Program-made: the position numbers and the translations under genes | Notes under the pieces: generated by a model | Database searches by the model: none | What the model was told of the DNA's origin: nothing | What the model saw: only the letters and a program-made list of their open reading frames with translations | In this document: in pieces, positions 35,097 through 47,142 of the stretch | Layout of the letters: each line of letters opens with the position of its first letter | Numbering within the stretch: the first letter of the stretch is position 1 | NCBI GenBank assembly: GCA_010015585.1 | Contig: ML975152.1 | DNA length: 64,000 bases | From: Eremomyces bilateralis CBS 781.70 | Lineage: Eukaryota | Strand: one strand, 5' to 3'

Positions 35097-36700
35097 ATGC
35101 AACCATCGATCCCTCGCCTCCGAAACTATGACGTATCCCCCATCAATGGCTTTCTCCCCACAGAGCCCCCCCTTGAGGTTCTCCCCAACGCGTACTATGC
35201 ACCATGGGAGAACCTGATCAGGAACTTACAAGCCCTCATCCTGACGAGGAGGTTGCGAGGTATGGTGGATAAACTGCCCGTACTCTCGACGGAGCATTTA
35301 CAGACGGAGGAAGAGTGGAGACGGGCATATTCGGTCCTTGCAATCTTGACGCATGCATATGTATGGGGAGGAGATCGTCCACTTGATGTATGTTAGCAGC
35401 AGTGGGGAACATCGGTCTAGCACTAACATTACTTTAGGTCGTCCCGCCTGGCATTTCCATTCCTTTTCTTGCGACGTGCAACCATCTCGAACTCCCTTCC
35501 GTCGCGACGTACGCCGCGGTGGTGCTCTGGAACTGGCGGGCACTCTTCCCCACCGAGCCAGTCGACAATCTGGAGAACATCACAACGCTTGCCACGTTCA
35601 CGGGGTCGATCGACGAATCATGGTTCTATCTCGTTTCCGTCGCCATTGAGGCTCGTGGGGCTCCTATCATTCCCATGATGCTCCAAGCCATCACTGCTGC
35701 TCGGCAGAATGACGCTTTCACCGTGACCGAATGCCTCCGGGGCTTCGCAGAGCGGCTCGACGAACTCGCGACACTGCTCGTCCGGATGTACGAGAATTGC
35801 GATCCGCACGTCTTCTACCACCGCATCCGACCATATCTTGCCGGTGGCAAAAATATGGCCGAGGCTGGACTTCCCAATGGCGTCATGTTTGACGACGGCA
35901 CCGGGCACTCGGAGTACGTGCAGTTCTCCGGCGGCAGCAACGCCCAAAGCTCCATCATCCAATTCTTCGACATCGTTCTGGGCGTGGAACACCGCCCCAC
36001 AGGTGACTCGAAGCAGCCGTCCGACCCCGCGCTGACCGGCCCATCCAACAACTTCATCCAGGACATGCGGACGTACATGCCGGGGCCCCACCGACGCTTC
36101 CTCGAGCACGTCGAGAAAGTCGCCAACATCCGCCCCTTCGTCACCGCGCGCCGCAACAACCGCGCCCTCGTCGTCGCCTACGACGCCTGCCTGGCCATGC
36201 TGCGCGCCTTTCGCGACAAGCACATCCAGATGGTGAGCCGCTACATCATCGTCAAGTCCCGCGAATCGCGCTCGCACAGCCGCTCGATGTCGCCGCAGCA
36301 CCACCAGCTGCCCACGCGACTCAACCTGGCCAGCGCCAGCCACTTCGAGGACCCCAAGGCCCTGAAAGAGGAGCGCGACCGAGAGCAGCCACCGGGCAGC
36401 GCCGTGCTCACGACGGGCACCCCGACGTCCATCCCAGCGAGCGAGTCGACCCGCCCGGGGCGGCGCAAGCTACGCGGCACGGGGGGCACGGCGCTGATTC
36501 CGTTTCTGAAGCAGGCGAGGGATGAGACGGGGGAGCCGGCGATCGATGCGTGGGCGAATCGGTTGCTGAATAATGGACCGGGGCAGGAGGGGACGCGGCT
36601 GCGGAAAGTGGAGGAGGATTCGAGTGGGGAGATGGAGGTGGTGGGGTTGGCGGGTACGTGGAGCGTTGATGACAGTGAGGGGGGGATATGTCATTGGTAA
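35097..36700 (+). CDS. BNA2: Indoleamine 2,3-dioxygenase, 2 exons
   Basis: NGFLP, HAYVWG, intron 35388-35437, ATYAAVVLWNW, TFTGSIDESWFYLVS, FYHRIRPYLAG, SGGSNAQSS, MRTYMPGPHRRFL, FRDKHIQMVSRYI and RGTGGTALIPFLKQARDET. Confidence 0.95.
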
Positions 36701-37064
36701 GGGAGAGGGGTTCATGGGAGGAATTTTTGTGCATATGGGGGAAATTGTCTTTCATGTTGGTTAGAGACGAAGCGCAGCATGGAGGAAAAAGTCTATGATA
36801 CGTTATGATACACTCAGCTTAATCTTTTTTGGATAGCTAGCATCCAATAGATTCGGTAAGCATGATTAAATGAAGAATTATTTTTGTGAATTAGGATGGC
36901 AGAGCGGTAGACAGGTGCTTGAGGACACTGTCGACATACATCCTGGCGGGCAAGTAAGGAGCATTGCACGCAAGTTTGCAAAGGTCGGTTTCGTATTACA
37001 GGGTCGAGGCCTGAGGAACAATAGTAGATACGCCGCGATACAATAGATCTTGTCCATTGAATCA

Positions 37065-38815
37065 TTATAGCTTACTCGCCGGCCTCGTATCCTTCTCCAC
37101 CACCACCCTCCGCTTCACCGTCCTCACCCACCTCCTCCGCCTCCACTCCCCCCTCCTCCCCATCCCATTCCCCTCCTCCCAACTAACCACCTTCCCCTTC
37201 CCCTTCCCCTTCCCCCTATCCTTCGTGCCCCACTCACCCTCCTCCCTCTCGCCCCCCACCTCCTCATCATACAGAATATCCCACACCCACCGCTCCCCCT
37301 CCACCTCCACCTCCACCCCCGTCACGCACCGCTCCTCCACCCACTCCCGACTCCCCAAATCCAACACCCACTTCTTTCCCCCCCACTCCCACCCCTCCGG
37401 CGCCTGCACGTCCTCGAAGAACCGCGTTCCCCGCGGCCGCTCCCCTGCGATCCGCGCCGGCGCCAGCGGCGTGTGCGGGCTCGCGCTGAATATGTACGGC
37501 TCGAACGGCGCGTTGTCGTAGCTCGCGAGGTGGGTGGGCGTCGGGACGCCGCCACTGCTGTCCACTGTGGTCGAGAGGGAGTGGATCACGTCGCGACGTT
37601 GGAGCTCGAAGACCTCGACTTCGCGCTGCTCAGGGGCTTCGGCGAGGACAATGTCGGCAGCGGCGTGGGCGGTGAAGAAGTCGAAGGGGCGGGTGTCGGG
37701 GTCGGGGTCGGGGTCAGTGAGCTTGGCGACGTTGGATTTGGTGGCGGAGGTGAGATCGGAGACGGCGGGGTGGTGGGAGAAGGCGAGGAGGAAGCGACGG
37801 AGGGATTTGTTGCCGGAGCAGGTGGCGGACCAGCCGATGAGGAGGGCGAGGGTGCGCCAGGGGAGGATGTGGGCGATGAGGCAGAGGGCGGCGGCGGTGA
37901 ACATGAGGAGGAGGAAGAGTTCGGAGGAGAGGGATTCGTTAGAGAAGTTGGTGAGCGGGGCGAAGGTGGCGAGGACGAGGTCGTGCATGCGGGAGAAGTC
38001 TTCCATGCAGTTCTGCAGGTCACCCATGTTGCGGAAGAAGTCTTTGGAGAGTTCCGGGGCAGGACGGATGCGTCGCGGGGGTGCTAATGGAGGGCCGGCG
38101 AGGGGATAGAGGTCGGTTTCGAGCATGGCGGGGGGAGGGGGGTGGCGGGCGAGGAAGGCGGGAATCATGATAAAGAAGAGACAGAGGGCGAGAGGGAGGA
38201 CGGGGAGGAGATAGGGGTTAATGCAGATGAAAGTATAGATGGCTAAGAAGGAAAGGGTATGGGTGGGTTTCCTCCAGGTGAAGAGGCGGATCATACGGTT
38301 TTGGAAAACGAATGCAACTCCGATACTGTTGACAATGTCAGGTCCGAATCATAACTGATATAGGATCTCATCGGAAGCATACCGAGCATTGAATCGACGG
38401 AAATTGTTGGACATCAAGGGGAGGCTGAAGCCAGGCCTCTCGACGTATTTCCTTTCCCGACGATCCCCAGGCAGGTCCTGTTGCTGATCCTCGGTCGGAA
38501 TCATATGTTGAAGGAGTCTTATCATATTTCAGTTTCTCCCTTCCAGCGAAAGCCATGTCTGAACGACGGCAAGAATTTTGCTTACGTGGTGAACAGTCGG
38601 TCCTGTAACCCTCCCGATGCCGCGGATCTTTTCGCCTGGAAATTATCCAGCCTCTCCCGAATTCTCTCTCTCGAGATGGCATCCTTCAGTGATTCCCTTT
38701 TGCTCTTTTGTTTATCAGGCGCTTTGCCCTCTGGGAAGCCATCAAGGCTGTCAATATGGATGACGGGGATGGGTTCATCACGGTTGACGAAGTAGTCAGG
38801 GTTCGCATCATCCAT
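37065..38815 (-). CDS. Pex24/Pex28/Pex29-family peroxin with DysF-like C-terminus, 3 exons
   Basis: LQDRLFT|LLQHMIP...FSLPLMSNNFRRFNAR|IGVAFVFQNRMIRLFTWRKP, hydrophobic hairpin, SKDFFRNMGDLQNCMEDF, EVEVFELQR, APEGWEW and WRRRRWVR. Confidence 0.88.
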
Positions 38816-39482
38816 ATTGGGATTATCTCATTATTGTCGGGGTTCTGGAGTGGTCTAGCTATCAATGGGATTCTATGCCGATGTTCTCATGCGGGAGGTT
38901 CATGCAATATGGAGCGATGGGTTGATGTGGTGATCTACGGGACGTCGGGCGAAGAGTCAGCCGCCACTCGCAGCAGAGATATTCGATGTCATTGGAAGAT
39001 GCAAGATAGAATAATGCAGGGTCAAATAGTTAGTAACCTGTTAGAAGGAACTTGGCCAAGCTAATGTGACAGTGATCAGTGAGGAGAACCTCCCACGTGA
39101 ATCTATTGGGCGACATGGTAACTCTCTTGATGATTGACTCTGGAATGTCGCTGTCACTGTTGTAGCTTGATCCTCTTCCTCTTCTTCTGCTGAATGCTGC
39201 TTCACTTCCTCTCCCCCTCTTTCCACCCTTCTTCCTATTCCTCTCTCCCCTCCCTCTAGAAGGTATGTTGTTTGCCACTCGACCGAATTGCCCTCTCAAC
39301 CACCTGCAACAAGCATAATATCGCCTGTGGTATCACCTGAAATGCAGATGCCCGCCGGCAGCTGAACCGATTGACCAAAACGGGACCGACATGACTTCAC
39401 CGACCAAATCATATACCGGGTCCTAGACCGGTCATAGAGTCATCGAAATCCCTTCCCCCTTCACTTTCACCTTCGCCGCACC

Positions 39483-40624
39483 ATGGCCACTTCAAACCAC
39501 CCCGACGCTCCTTTCGTGATCCCAACTCCTCGCTCCCCTTCGTTCGTCTCCCGCGTTCGCATCATGGACGAACAAGTTTCCTCGACCACCCCCGACCCGC
39601 CGACGGTGACGATGGCGACCCTTAATCTCTCCTCTCCCGCCGAGAAAACGGATGGCGATATACAAACAACCCCCATCCGCGCCGTCACGGACCCGACCCC
39701 AACGCTGCTTCCATCCTTCCAATCTCGCTCTCCTCGAGCGCGTTCTCCGTACTCCAGGAGTCATCTACGATCTCACTCGACCAACTCATCATCGCTGAGT
39801 GCACCTCCGATGGCGCGAGCACATTCCAACCCGATCCCGCTCGACAGCCACTCCATGACGCTGTCTCCGTCCTTCCGCTCGTCGAGCCCTCTCCGATCTC
39901 CTGGGCGGGTTCGCAGCCCCTTCCGCCCTGGTCCTCCCATCGAAGAATCCAGCGGTATCGCCTACTCGATCCCCATTTCCAGCGAGACCATCAACGAAGA
40001 CGCTGAACTCGACCTCACCCCACGGCACCACTCCACCGACATCCGCGTCATCCCCACCGCCTCGTCCCCCACCGCCAGCAATTCCGCCTACAACATCCCC
40101 CTCCCCCGCCGCCGCCNNNNNNNNNNNNNNNNNNNNNNNNNNNNNNNNNNNNNNNNNNNNNNNNNNNNNNNNNNNNNNNNNNNNNNNNNNNNNNNNNNNN
40201 NNNNNNNNNNNCCCCCCCCTCCCGCTTCAACGAAACCCACCCCGACTTCCACCCCTCCCCCTATCCCCGCAGCTTCTCCTCCTCCTCCATGCCCAGCACC
40301 CCGACCTCCACCCGCTCCCGCTCCCCCTCCATATCCTCCCTCGAAACCATCCCCGACATGCCCGACGTCGAAGCCGCCGCCGTGGAGGAGGAGATGCGCC
40401 GCCTGGAGCTGCTACGCGTGCGGTCCGAGGAGCGCGCGGAAGAGGAGGTCGAGGGGGAGCCGGCGCGGGGACGGGGGTGTAGGAGGGGGAGCGTGGATGT
40501 CGGGGGGCAGGCGAGGGGGCAGGGGTTTGGGTTTGGGAGCGCGAGGGAGAAGAGGAAGAGGTGGAGTGTGTGTGGAGCGGAGAGGAGGCAGGATTTGGAC
40601 TTGGAGACGATCTGGGAGGATTGA
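39483..40624 (+). CDS. Ser/Pro-rich fungal hypothetical protein interrupted by an assembly gap
   Basis: 5' part in the frame of ORF 39483. After the N-run the credible frame reads PRFNETHP...SMPSTPTSTRSRSPSISSLETIPD...KRKRWSVCGAERRQDLDLETIWED*. The frame change is attributable to the estimated gap length. Confidence 0.75.
40117..40211. other. Assembly gap (95 N) flanked by C-rich tracts
   Basis: Run of n in the sequence. Confidence 1.
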
Positions 40625-41420
40625 GCGTGAGGATGGTCGATGTGATGGAAACCTGCGTTGGCGTTTCATGATGCGGTGGGCTGGATTGCGTTCAGCGCAC
40701 TTGATAAGGAGGAGCGGAGGTGCACGATGACATGTGGCATTTGCTTGCATTGGACGGCGTTACACGGCTCAACCCACGGCCGGGTTGACTTTTTCTCTCA
40801 TGGTTTCGGCGTCGATGGTTTCCCTGTGGGAACACTGAAGGTCTGGGACGGCGTTCGCTCTGACGCGCCATCCACTGGAATTGAATGAGGCATGTCAGAC
40901 AGTACGGCGCATGTCTCATTGGTCTAGCATGACGATAGGCTAGAGAAAGACGATTAGGAGAAATGATCAATTCAAAACTCAAATGCATCTGGACCTTGCT
41001 GCGTGCCGTGTTTATCTACCATCAACTAGCCGAACTCAATACCTCGACATGCGGGCGTATACCGCTCGCATTCCCAATTCATCCTCCCCACAATCAAAGA
41101 TCCGTCCAACGCGATGATGAAACCCGACTTGAATAGCAGCTACCTTACTTCGCCCAAGCTTTTCTACCGCCCCGCAAAGTTTGCTCGTGCCTCATGTGTA
41201 CGATCCCCGATCCTCCCGAAAAAAACTCCGAATGCATGTCGGGGGAATCGATTCGTGCCCACCACCACCTGATCACCCCTTTTCGAGAAAAAAAAGTCCA
41301 TGTATTTGCTCCGTACCCAGCATTTCCCCCGTTCAAATATTACGTTGCGCGGATGTCGAAAAATCCTCAACCACACTGCACGTGCCGTCCCCGGTCGTAT
41401 CGATGATGGCGGGGGTGCAG

Positions 41421-42604
41421 TTACTTTAGTTTCTCCTCGGTGAAATCCCAGAGGCTCTTCACGAGGAGGTCGGGGAGGGTGTACAGGTCGACGTGGAACT
41501 CGCCGGCCTCGACGTCGTTCTTGGTGTACGTGTCGGGGGACTTGCCGTCGTGGACCATCTGCACGACATTGAGAAGGTCGTCTTCCGAGAGGCGTTGCAG
41601 GTTCTCTGCGAGGCGCTCCATGTCGATCTGGTTTATTTATTAGTTGCTGGGATAGGTGGGGGGAGATGGATGGATGGATGGATGGATGGATGGAGGGATG
41701 GGTGGGACTCACGTTGCCGCCCTTCTTGCTCTTCCGCCGCTCCGCGCCCTCTTTCTTGCCGCGGACCCCGTTCTCCTCGCCCACCGGGCCCGATTCCTTC
41801 AGTAACGCCACCAGTTCCGGCTTGGGGTTCTTGAAGACCTGTGATATCCCCATCAGCAACCAGCAACCACATCCCTTTCACCAAGGACTGGCGTAGGGAA
41901 GATCGCGCCAACATACCACCACGTGCTTCGACTCATATCTCTCGCTCTGGAAGTTCAGATCATGTGTGATATCCGACTCCCCGCCCTTATGCGAATGATA
42001 CAACTTAATCAACATATCGAACTCCCCCCATCCATTCTCCTGGATCTTGAACGGCGGTTTCTTGAACGCTGCGCGACGCGTTAGCAATCCCTTTCTTTAA
42101 ACCCCTACTAACCCCTTGCACTCTATCCTGTTTCGGGGAGAAAAAGGGCGATGGGTGGGTGGGAGCTTAACGTACTCTGCTTCGCCCGCTTCTCGAACGA
42201 CGGGTGCAGGTTGTATTCCACCTTGTCGAACACCACCGCCGGCATCTCCTCGCCGCTCCCCTCGTGCAGCACGTACAGTTCGACCGACCATGATCGAAGG
42301 GGGAGCTCGTCGGGGGTGGCGCCGGGTTGACTGCATGTCGATCAGTCAGTCCATCAGTCCGTCGCGTGGGATTGCGGTTCTGTCAGAGGAACGCAAAAGG
42401 GAGGGGGGACGTTGGGGGTCGGGATGCCGTGGTTAGACGGAATGGGGGGAACGCGAAGTCGCGACGTACCTGATTCTTTGATGCGTGACCAGTTTGATGG
42501 TCCTTTTGATCTGCGTCGCGACGAGGTTAGCTATTGCGCCTATGGTATATCGCGATCGTCGTGATGCGATTGTATGTAGAGGGACTCACCTCCGTTGTGG
42601 GCAT
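41421..42604 (-). CDS. TAF14: YEATS plus ET-like domain protein Taf14/Tfg3, multi-exon
   Basis: MPTTE|IKRTIKLVTHQRI...FDKVEYNLHPSF...FKKPPFKIQENGWGEFDM...HDLNFQSERYE...|FKNPKPEL...|IDMERLAENLQRLSEDDLLNVVQMV...GEFHVDLYTLPD. Confidence 0.92.
41665..41700. repeat. (GATG)n microsatellite in the last TAF14 intron
   Basis: About 7 perfect GATG units plus a degenerate tail. Confidence 0.9.
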
Positions 42605-43370
42605 TTTGGCGGAATCCGGTTTTTACTGATCCTGATGTTCGGATTCGATTGAGGATCCGGAAAAATCGGTAAATCGTTAGACGTTATTCGATCCGGTTGT
42701 GGCAGACTGGGCGATTTCAATGACCTGCACCTCACTCTGCCGCGTCGTCTGTCTTGATGCTTTGGTGGGAGGATCGGAGTCTGGTTGCCCTGAGGAGCCA
42801 AGAGCGCAATTTTTGAGCTGGTGCGAAATGTTGCCTTGATGCCTTGAAGCCACGGCTGCAGCTGCAGTAGCAGCTCGCAACTGATCAAGATAAATTGATG
42901 ACGGAGAGAGCGACAGGTTGTTGGGCAATTATAGCTAGGAGTTATTTGGTGTTACCAAGTGCATTGGAGGTACCGATGATGCGACTACACGCTGAGAAAA
43001 CGGTGCTTTTTGGGAATTTCTCACGGCGTCAGTGGCCTGATGCTCCCGCACAGTCCGAGCCGAAACTCTCGGATGTCAGTTCACCATTTGATATAGCCCG
43101 ATATGCACGACGCTGGAGATCTAAGATCCCCAAGAAACCTTGAACGTATCTGAATCTGCTGAATGGGGGAGGGTGTGTGTCTTATTTTTATAATAACTCA
43201 TAGGGGTGGAGGTGTTCATCAATGCTGTGCTGTCTACATGCTGTGCTTCGCGGGGGAATCCATCCTTCTAACCCATCCAACCTTCGTCGTTAGGATGTCC
43301 GTGATGATATGTGTGTGTGCAACGTCGCTCCCAACTCGAGGACCACGTCCTCCAGACCATTATCGCCTAT

Positions 43371-44310
43371 CTACGATGTCGCGCCGGCGGAGAATAGCTT
43401 CTCGTTCTCCTGCTGCGCCTTGATGAATGCGTCGCGGAACAAGTTCGCATCTGTCAATCGTCAGCAACCACCCTACACCTTCTCCCGTCTTGGGGTTTAA
43501 TATAAATAAACTCACTCTCGCTATTCGCAAACCGAATCGCCAATGTCTGAGCCTCTGGCTCCCCCTCACTCACATCCGCCGCCGCGTTCCACACCCAGCT
43601 GCGATCGCTCCCGACGTTCGGGCTCAGCTTCATGTCCGGCACGAGATAGTGGTTCGCGCAGACCTTGAGTGTCTTGTCGCGGCGCATCACCAGGCGGGTC
43701 TTCCCATTCTCCTTGTGTTTGAGCAGGCGGACGTCGCCCGTGCCCCGCTCCTTCCACTCGCGCGTGTCGCGGTCGAACTTGAACAGCTTGGCCCGCATCT
43801 TGAACACCTGCGCTTCGGATTCTTCGTTGGTCTTGACGTCGACTTTCTCCGTGAGGCGGATCACCGGCTCGAATTCGACATTGGCTTCTTCTTCAGGGGC
43901 TTTGTCGTCGTCCTATGTCAGCGCTGTTAGCCCCCGCACCGAAAATTACACTCTCCAAACAAACGCAGTCGTCAGTCATAGATAGAAATTGGGCATATCC
44001 GTACCTCCGCCGCTTTCGTTGCCTTGCTACTCCCCGACCGCTCGTTCTCTGCGTCCTCCTCCTCCGCCTTCTTCTCCTTCTTCGGCCCCCCACCAAACAT
44101 CGAGAACACCTCGCTCTTCATCGTCTCCGTCGCCGACGATGCCGCCTCCGCCGCCTGCGCCGTCACGCTCTTCCCGGCCTCCGGCTCCGTCTTCGGCTCG
44201 TCAGTGACGGCTTGGGTCACCTTCTCGGTCTCGCCCTTTACGAGCTGTGGGGAGGCATCGGAAGTGTGTTCCTCTGCGGGGTTGAGCTTAGTGGGTGCGG
44301 GTTCGGCCAT
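43371..44310 (-). CDS. YRB1: Ran-binding protein 1 (Yrb1/Sbp1), 3 exons
   Basis: [68 protein letters not shown] and [13 protein letters not shown]-like tail. Confidence 0.95.
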
Positions 44311-44999
44311 GATTTCTTTGAATTGGGGGAAAAAGATGGGGTTTACGTGGGAGATGGGATGGGTGATGATGGGTGGGTAGGTTTTTGGGAAGCTGGATGG
44401 ATGGGATATTATCAGAGGAACCCTTGAGGAGTGTGACGTGAACCAGACCAGGCAAATATGAAAAAGTGGGTGTGGGATGTTGTCAGGGACACTTCACTTG
44501 CTTGGCTTGTGCTGCTGGTGTGTGTGCTCAGTGCTGTGCTGTGCTGTAGACTGTGCTGTGCATGTCAGTGGCTGCTGGCTGCAGCCTGCAGGCTGGCACG
44601 TGATCCCATCTGACTAAACACCAAATCCCGAATTTTCGCCTCCGTTGCCTTGCCAGAGCCCAGTTGGTGCCTCGCTGATCTTTCCATTGTTTGGCTTCGC
44701 AGGGGAATATGATCATCATGCTCAACACTGGTCACTGCAAGAAAAACGATCAAGTCTATGGAACGGGTCTCAATTCGATATTATACCAATTGCATCGAAA
44801 CGGATCAAAAAGGATGCCATCGCCGCCTCGAACACCGTTCATCCAGTGCCAGGGACTGATTCACACTCTGACCGACTGATCATTACCTGTCTTCGTTGCA
44901 AGTCGGAACAGTAGATCCTTTGACAATCCATCACGACCGCCCCTCTAACCAGACGCCCCTTCTCCGATAAGTACCAAATCCATAAACGCCCTAGCCTAT

Positions 45000-46907
45000 T
45001 CACCAATCCCCAATGAACCCACCCATCCTCAGGTGCCGACACTTACTACACGTCCTCCCCTCCTCTTCCGGTGCCATCGCCTCCTTCACGCTCCGAAATA
45101 GCTTCTTCGCATTCCGACTCGCCTTCACCTTCGCCTCCTTCGCCACCTTCCACTCATGCTTCACCAGCTCCCGTTGCATCTCCCCGATGTCCTCCGCTGC
45201 CAGGTTCAGCCGCTGCTGGAACAACCCCCACGACTTGCTCAGTCCCGTCACGATCTCCGTGCTGACCGCGGTCACCTGCTCGTGGAACTGCTGCGCGTAC
45301 GCATGCGTTTCGAGGTGTCGTCGGACGGCGACTTCGGTGTCTTGCATGCGGACAGCGACTTCCTGGCTGGCGGCTACGAGGATGTGGCCCAGCTCCTTGC
45401 TCACCTCGCGGAACCGCTGTTCGAATTCGCCGGCCGCGCCGTGTAGTGCGTCCGAGAGCCGCTCGGAAGTTTGCTTGGCGGCGCGTTCCGCTTCCTCTTG
45501 ATGCTGATCGAGGTTTGCGAAGTATGCCTGCGGACGGCGAACCAGTTTCTTGAACGATCGGATCCAACCGGCCACGGACCTCTCCACGACCTCTACGGTC
45601 TGGATGTGCACGATGGTCTTCTTTGCTGTGAAAGACGGAGCCTTCCACACTATGACTTCCAGGATCCCGTACGCCTCCCGGGGATCGACCGCGGGCACAC
45701 ATTTTCCGTCGACTTGCGTCATGACGAAGGGAATTGATCGGGAAATCGGGTCTTCTTGGGTGACGACGCGGGAAATCTCGATTTTACGATTGGGCAACAC
45801 ACATGCGTTCTCGCGGTTGGGTCGCTCGAACACAAAAATCTCCCCCTGACGCGTGCCAGCCTGTTCCTGAGTCTCCTGAGGTGCAGGCGGTGGAGACACT
45901 TCAACTTGTGGGGCATCCGGCTCGATGTCCGCCGAATGGATTCGGTTGTAGAAGTCCTGCATTGCGGATCGCCAAAGCTCCGAGGAGTCCATCTGTCCGG
46001 TCACCGCTTGCTCGACCGGGAGAGGTAGGTTGGGGGCGACCTGAGCGGACGGGATCGGTGTATTTGCGTGCGTCATCGTGAACATGGTGATGAACATGAT
46101 AATTGGAATTGCGGTCGCGATGATCATGAACCGATCGCGTGGATGTTGCGCGGACCAGGCCGTCTTCCATCGTCGCGCGGTGTCGCAGACGCTCCGCACC
46201 ATCATGGTGGGGAGGTGGCCGGCTTTCTCGAATGGAGTGCGTTCGGTGGGAGGGCGGTCCGTGAAGAATTTCGGCGGCCGGGCCGACTTTCCCTGTGCTT
46301 CGAACTGTCCTCGTTCCACCTGGTTGCTCCAGGCCTGCCAGTCGGCTTGATCTAGTCGGTCCCTTTCATCTTTGCTGATCTCTTCCTCCTCATAGTAGCC
46401 TTCCTCTCCATAGTACTCCTCCCTGTACTCCCCTTCTTCCCCTTCTTCCTCGTAATACTCATCCCCATCGTACTCATCCCCCTCGTAATGCTCTTCGTCC
46501 CCGTAACCTTCTTCTTCCCCGTTATGTCCCCAACCCCATTCCTGCTCTTGTGGCTGCTCACCCCATTCCCGCACTTTCGGCTCGTCCTTCCCGGCCTCCG
46601 ACCCATCCGTCACAGCGACGCTGGCCGATTCATCCTGCCCGTCCTCCGTGAACCCATCAAGCGACAACGACGCGAGAGACTCAGCGTCCGACGGCAAGGG
46701 GGAGACGACCTCATAGGCAGAGTCCTCCAGCGAACTAGCAGCTTCGTGTGCACTCATTTCGGCATCGACGAGGGAGCTCAACCACTGGTCGACGCGGAGG
46801 GTGGGGAGCTGGAGGGTATGGGATGAATCAGCGCGGTGGGTGACGTCGGTGTTGGTCTCGTCGCGTTCCCGATCGCCCGACTGGATGGTACTGCGAGGGG
46901 CTATCAT
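45000..46907 (-). CDS. Single-pass (type II-like) membrane protein with acidic N-terminus and C-terminal coiled coil (635 aa)
   Basis: Intact ORF with an E/G/Y-rich tract, one hydrophobic helix FMIIATAIPIIMFITMFTM (~46075-46130) and a helical C-terminal third. Confidence 0.78.
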   Translation of the reverse strand: MIAPRSTIQSGDRERDETNTDVTHRADSSHTLQLPTLRVDQWLSSLVDAEMSAHEAASSLEDSAYEVVSPLPSDAESLASLSLDGFTEDGQDESASVAVTDGSEAGKDEPKVREWGEQPQEQEWGWGHNGEEEGYGDEEHYEGDEYDGDEYYEEEGEEGEYREEYYGEEGYYEEEEISKDERDRLDQADWQAWSNQVERGQFEAQGKSARPPKFFTDRPPTERTPFEKAGHLPTMMVRSVCDTARRWKTAWSAQHPRDRFMIIATAIPIIMFITMFTMTHANTPIPSAQVAPNLPLPVEQAVTGQMDSSELWRSAMQDFYNRIHSADIEPDAPQVEVSPPPAPQETQEQAGTRQGEIFVFERPNRENACVLPNRKIEISRVVTQEDPISRSIPFVMTQVDGKCVPAVDPREAYGILEVIVWKAPSFTAKKTIVHIQTVEVVERSVAGWIRSFKKLVRRPQAYFANLDQHQEEAERAAKQTSERLSDALHGAAGEFEQRFREVSKELGHILVAASQEVAVRMQDTEVAVRRHLETHAYAQQFHEQVTAVSTEIVTGLSKSWGLFQQRLNLAAEDIGEMQRELVKHEWKVAKEAKVKASRNAKKLFRSVKEAMAPEEEGRTCSKCRHLRMGGFIGDW

Positions 46908-47114
46908 GGGCTCAGTCAGCGCATGGTGTTCGGGGGAAGATGGGAGGAGCGGATGCGAGGGGTTTAATAGTCAGCTCGCGGCGTGGTAGGAGTTCGGTAG
47001 CGACAGCGAGCTGATGCCGGACCTGTGAGGCAGAGCTGAAACGAATCCATGCGGGCTGATGATTGATCCGTTGCAGAGAGGATGTAATGTCCGGATCTGG
47101 GTAAAGGGAAGAAA

Positions 47115-47142
47115 GCGTACCGCGTACCGCGTACCGCGTACC
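47115..47142. repeat. (GCGTACC)x4 tandem repeat upstream of the 45000-46907 gene
   Basis: Four perfect 7-bp units. Confidence 0.9.

Noticed and set aside
40212..40730. ORF-track continuation of ORF 39483 to 40730 and an apparent frameshift
   Set aside because: Artefact of the estimated N-gap length; the credible frame ends at 40624. Not evidence of programmed frameshifting.
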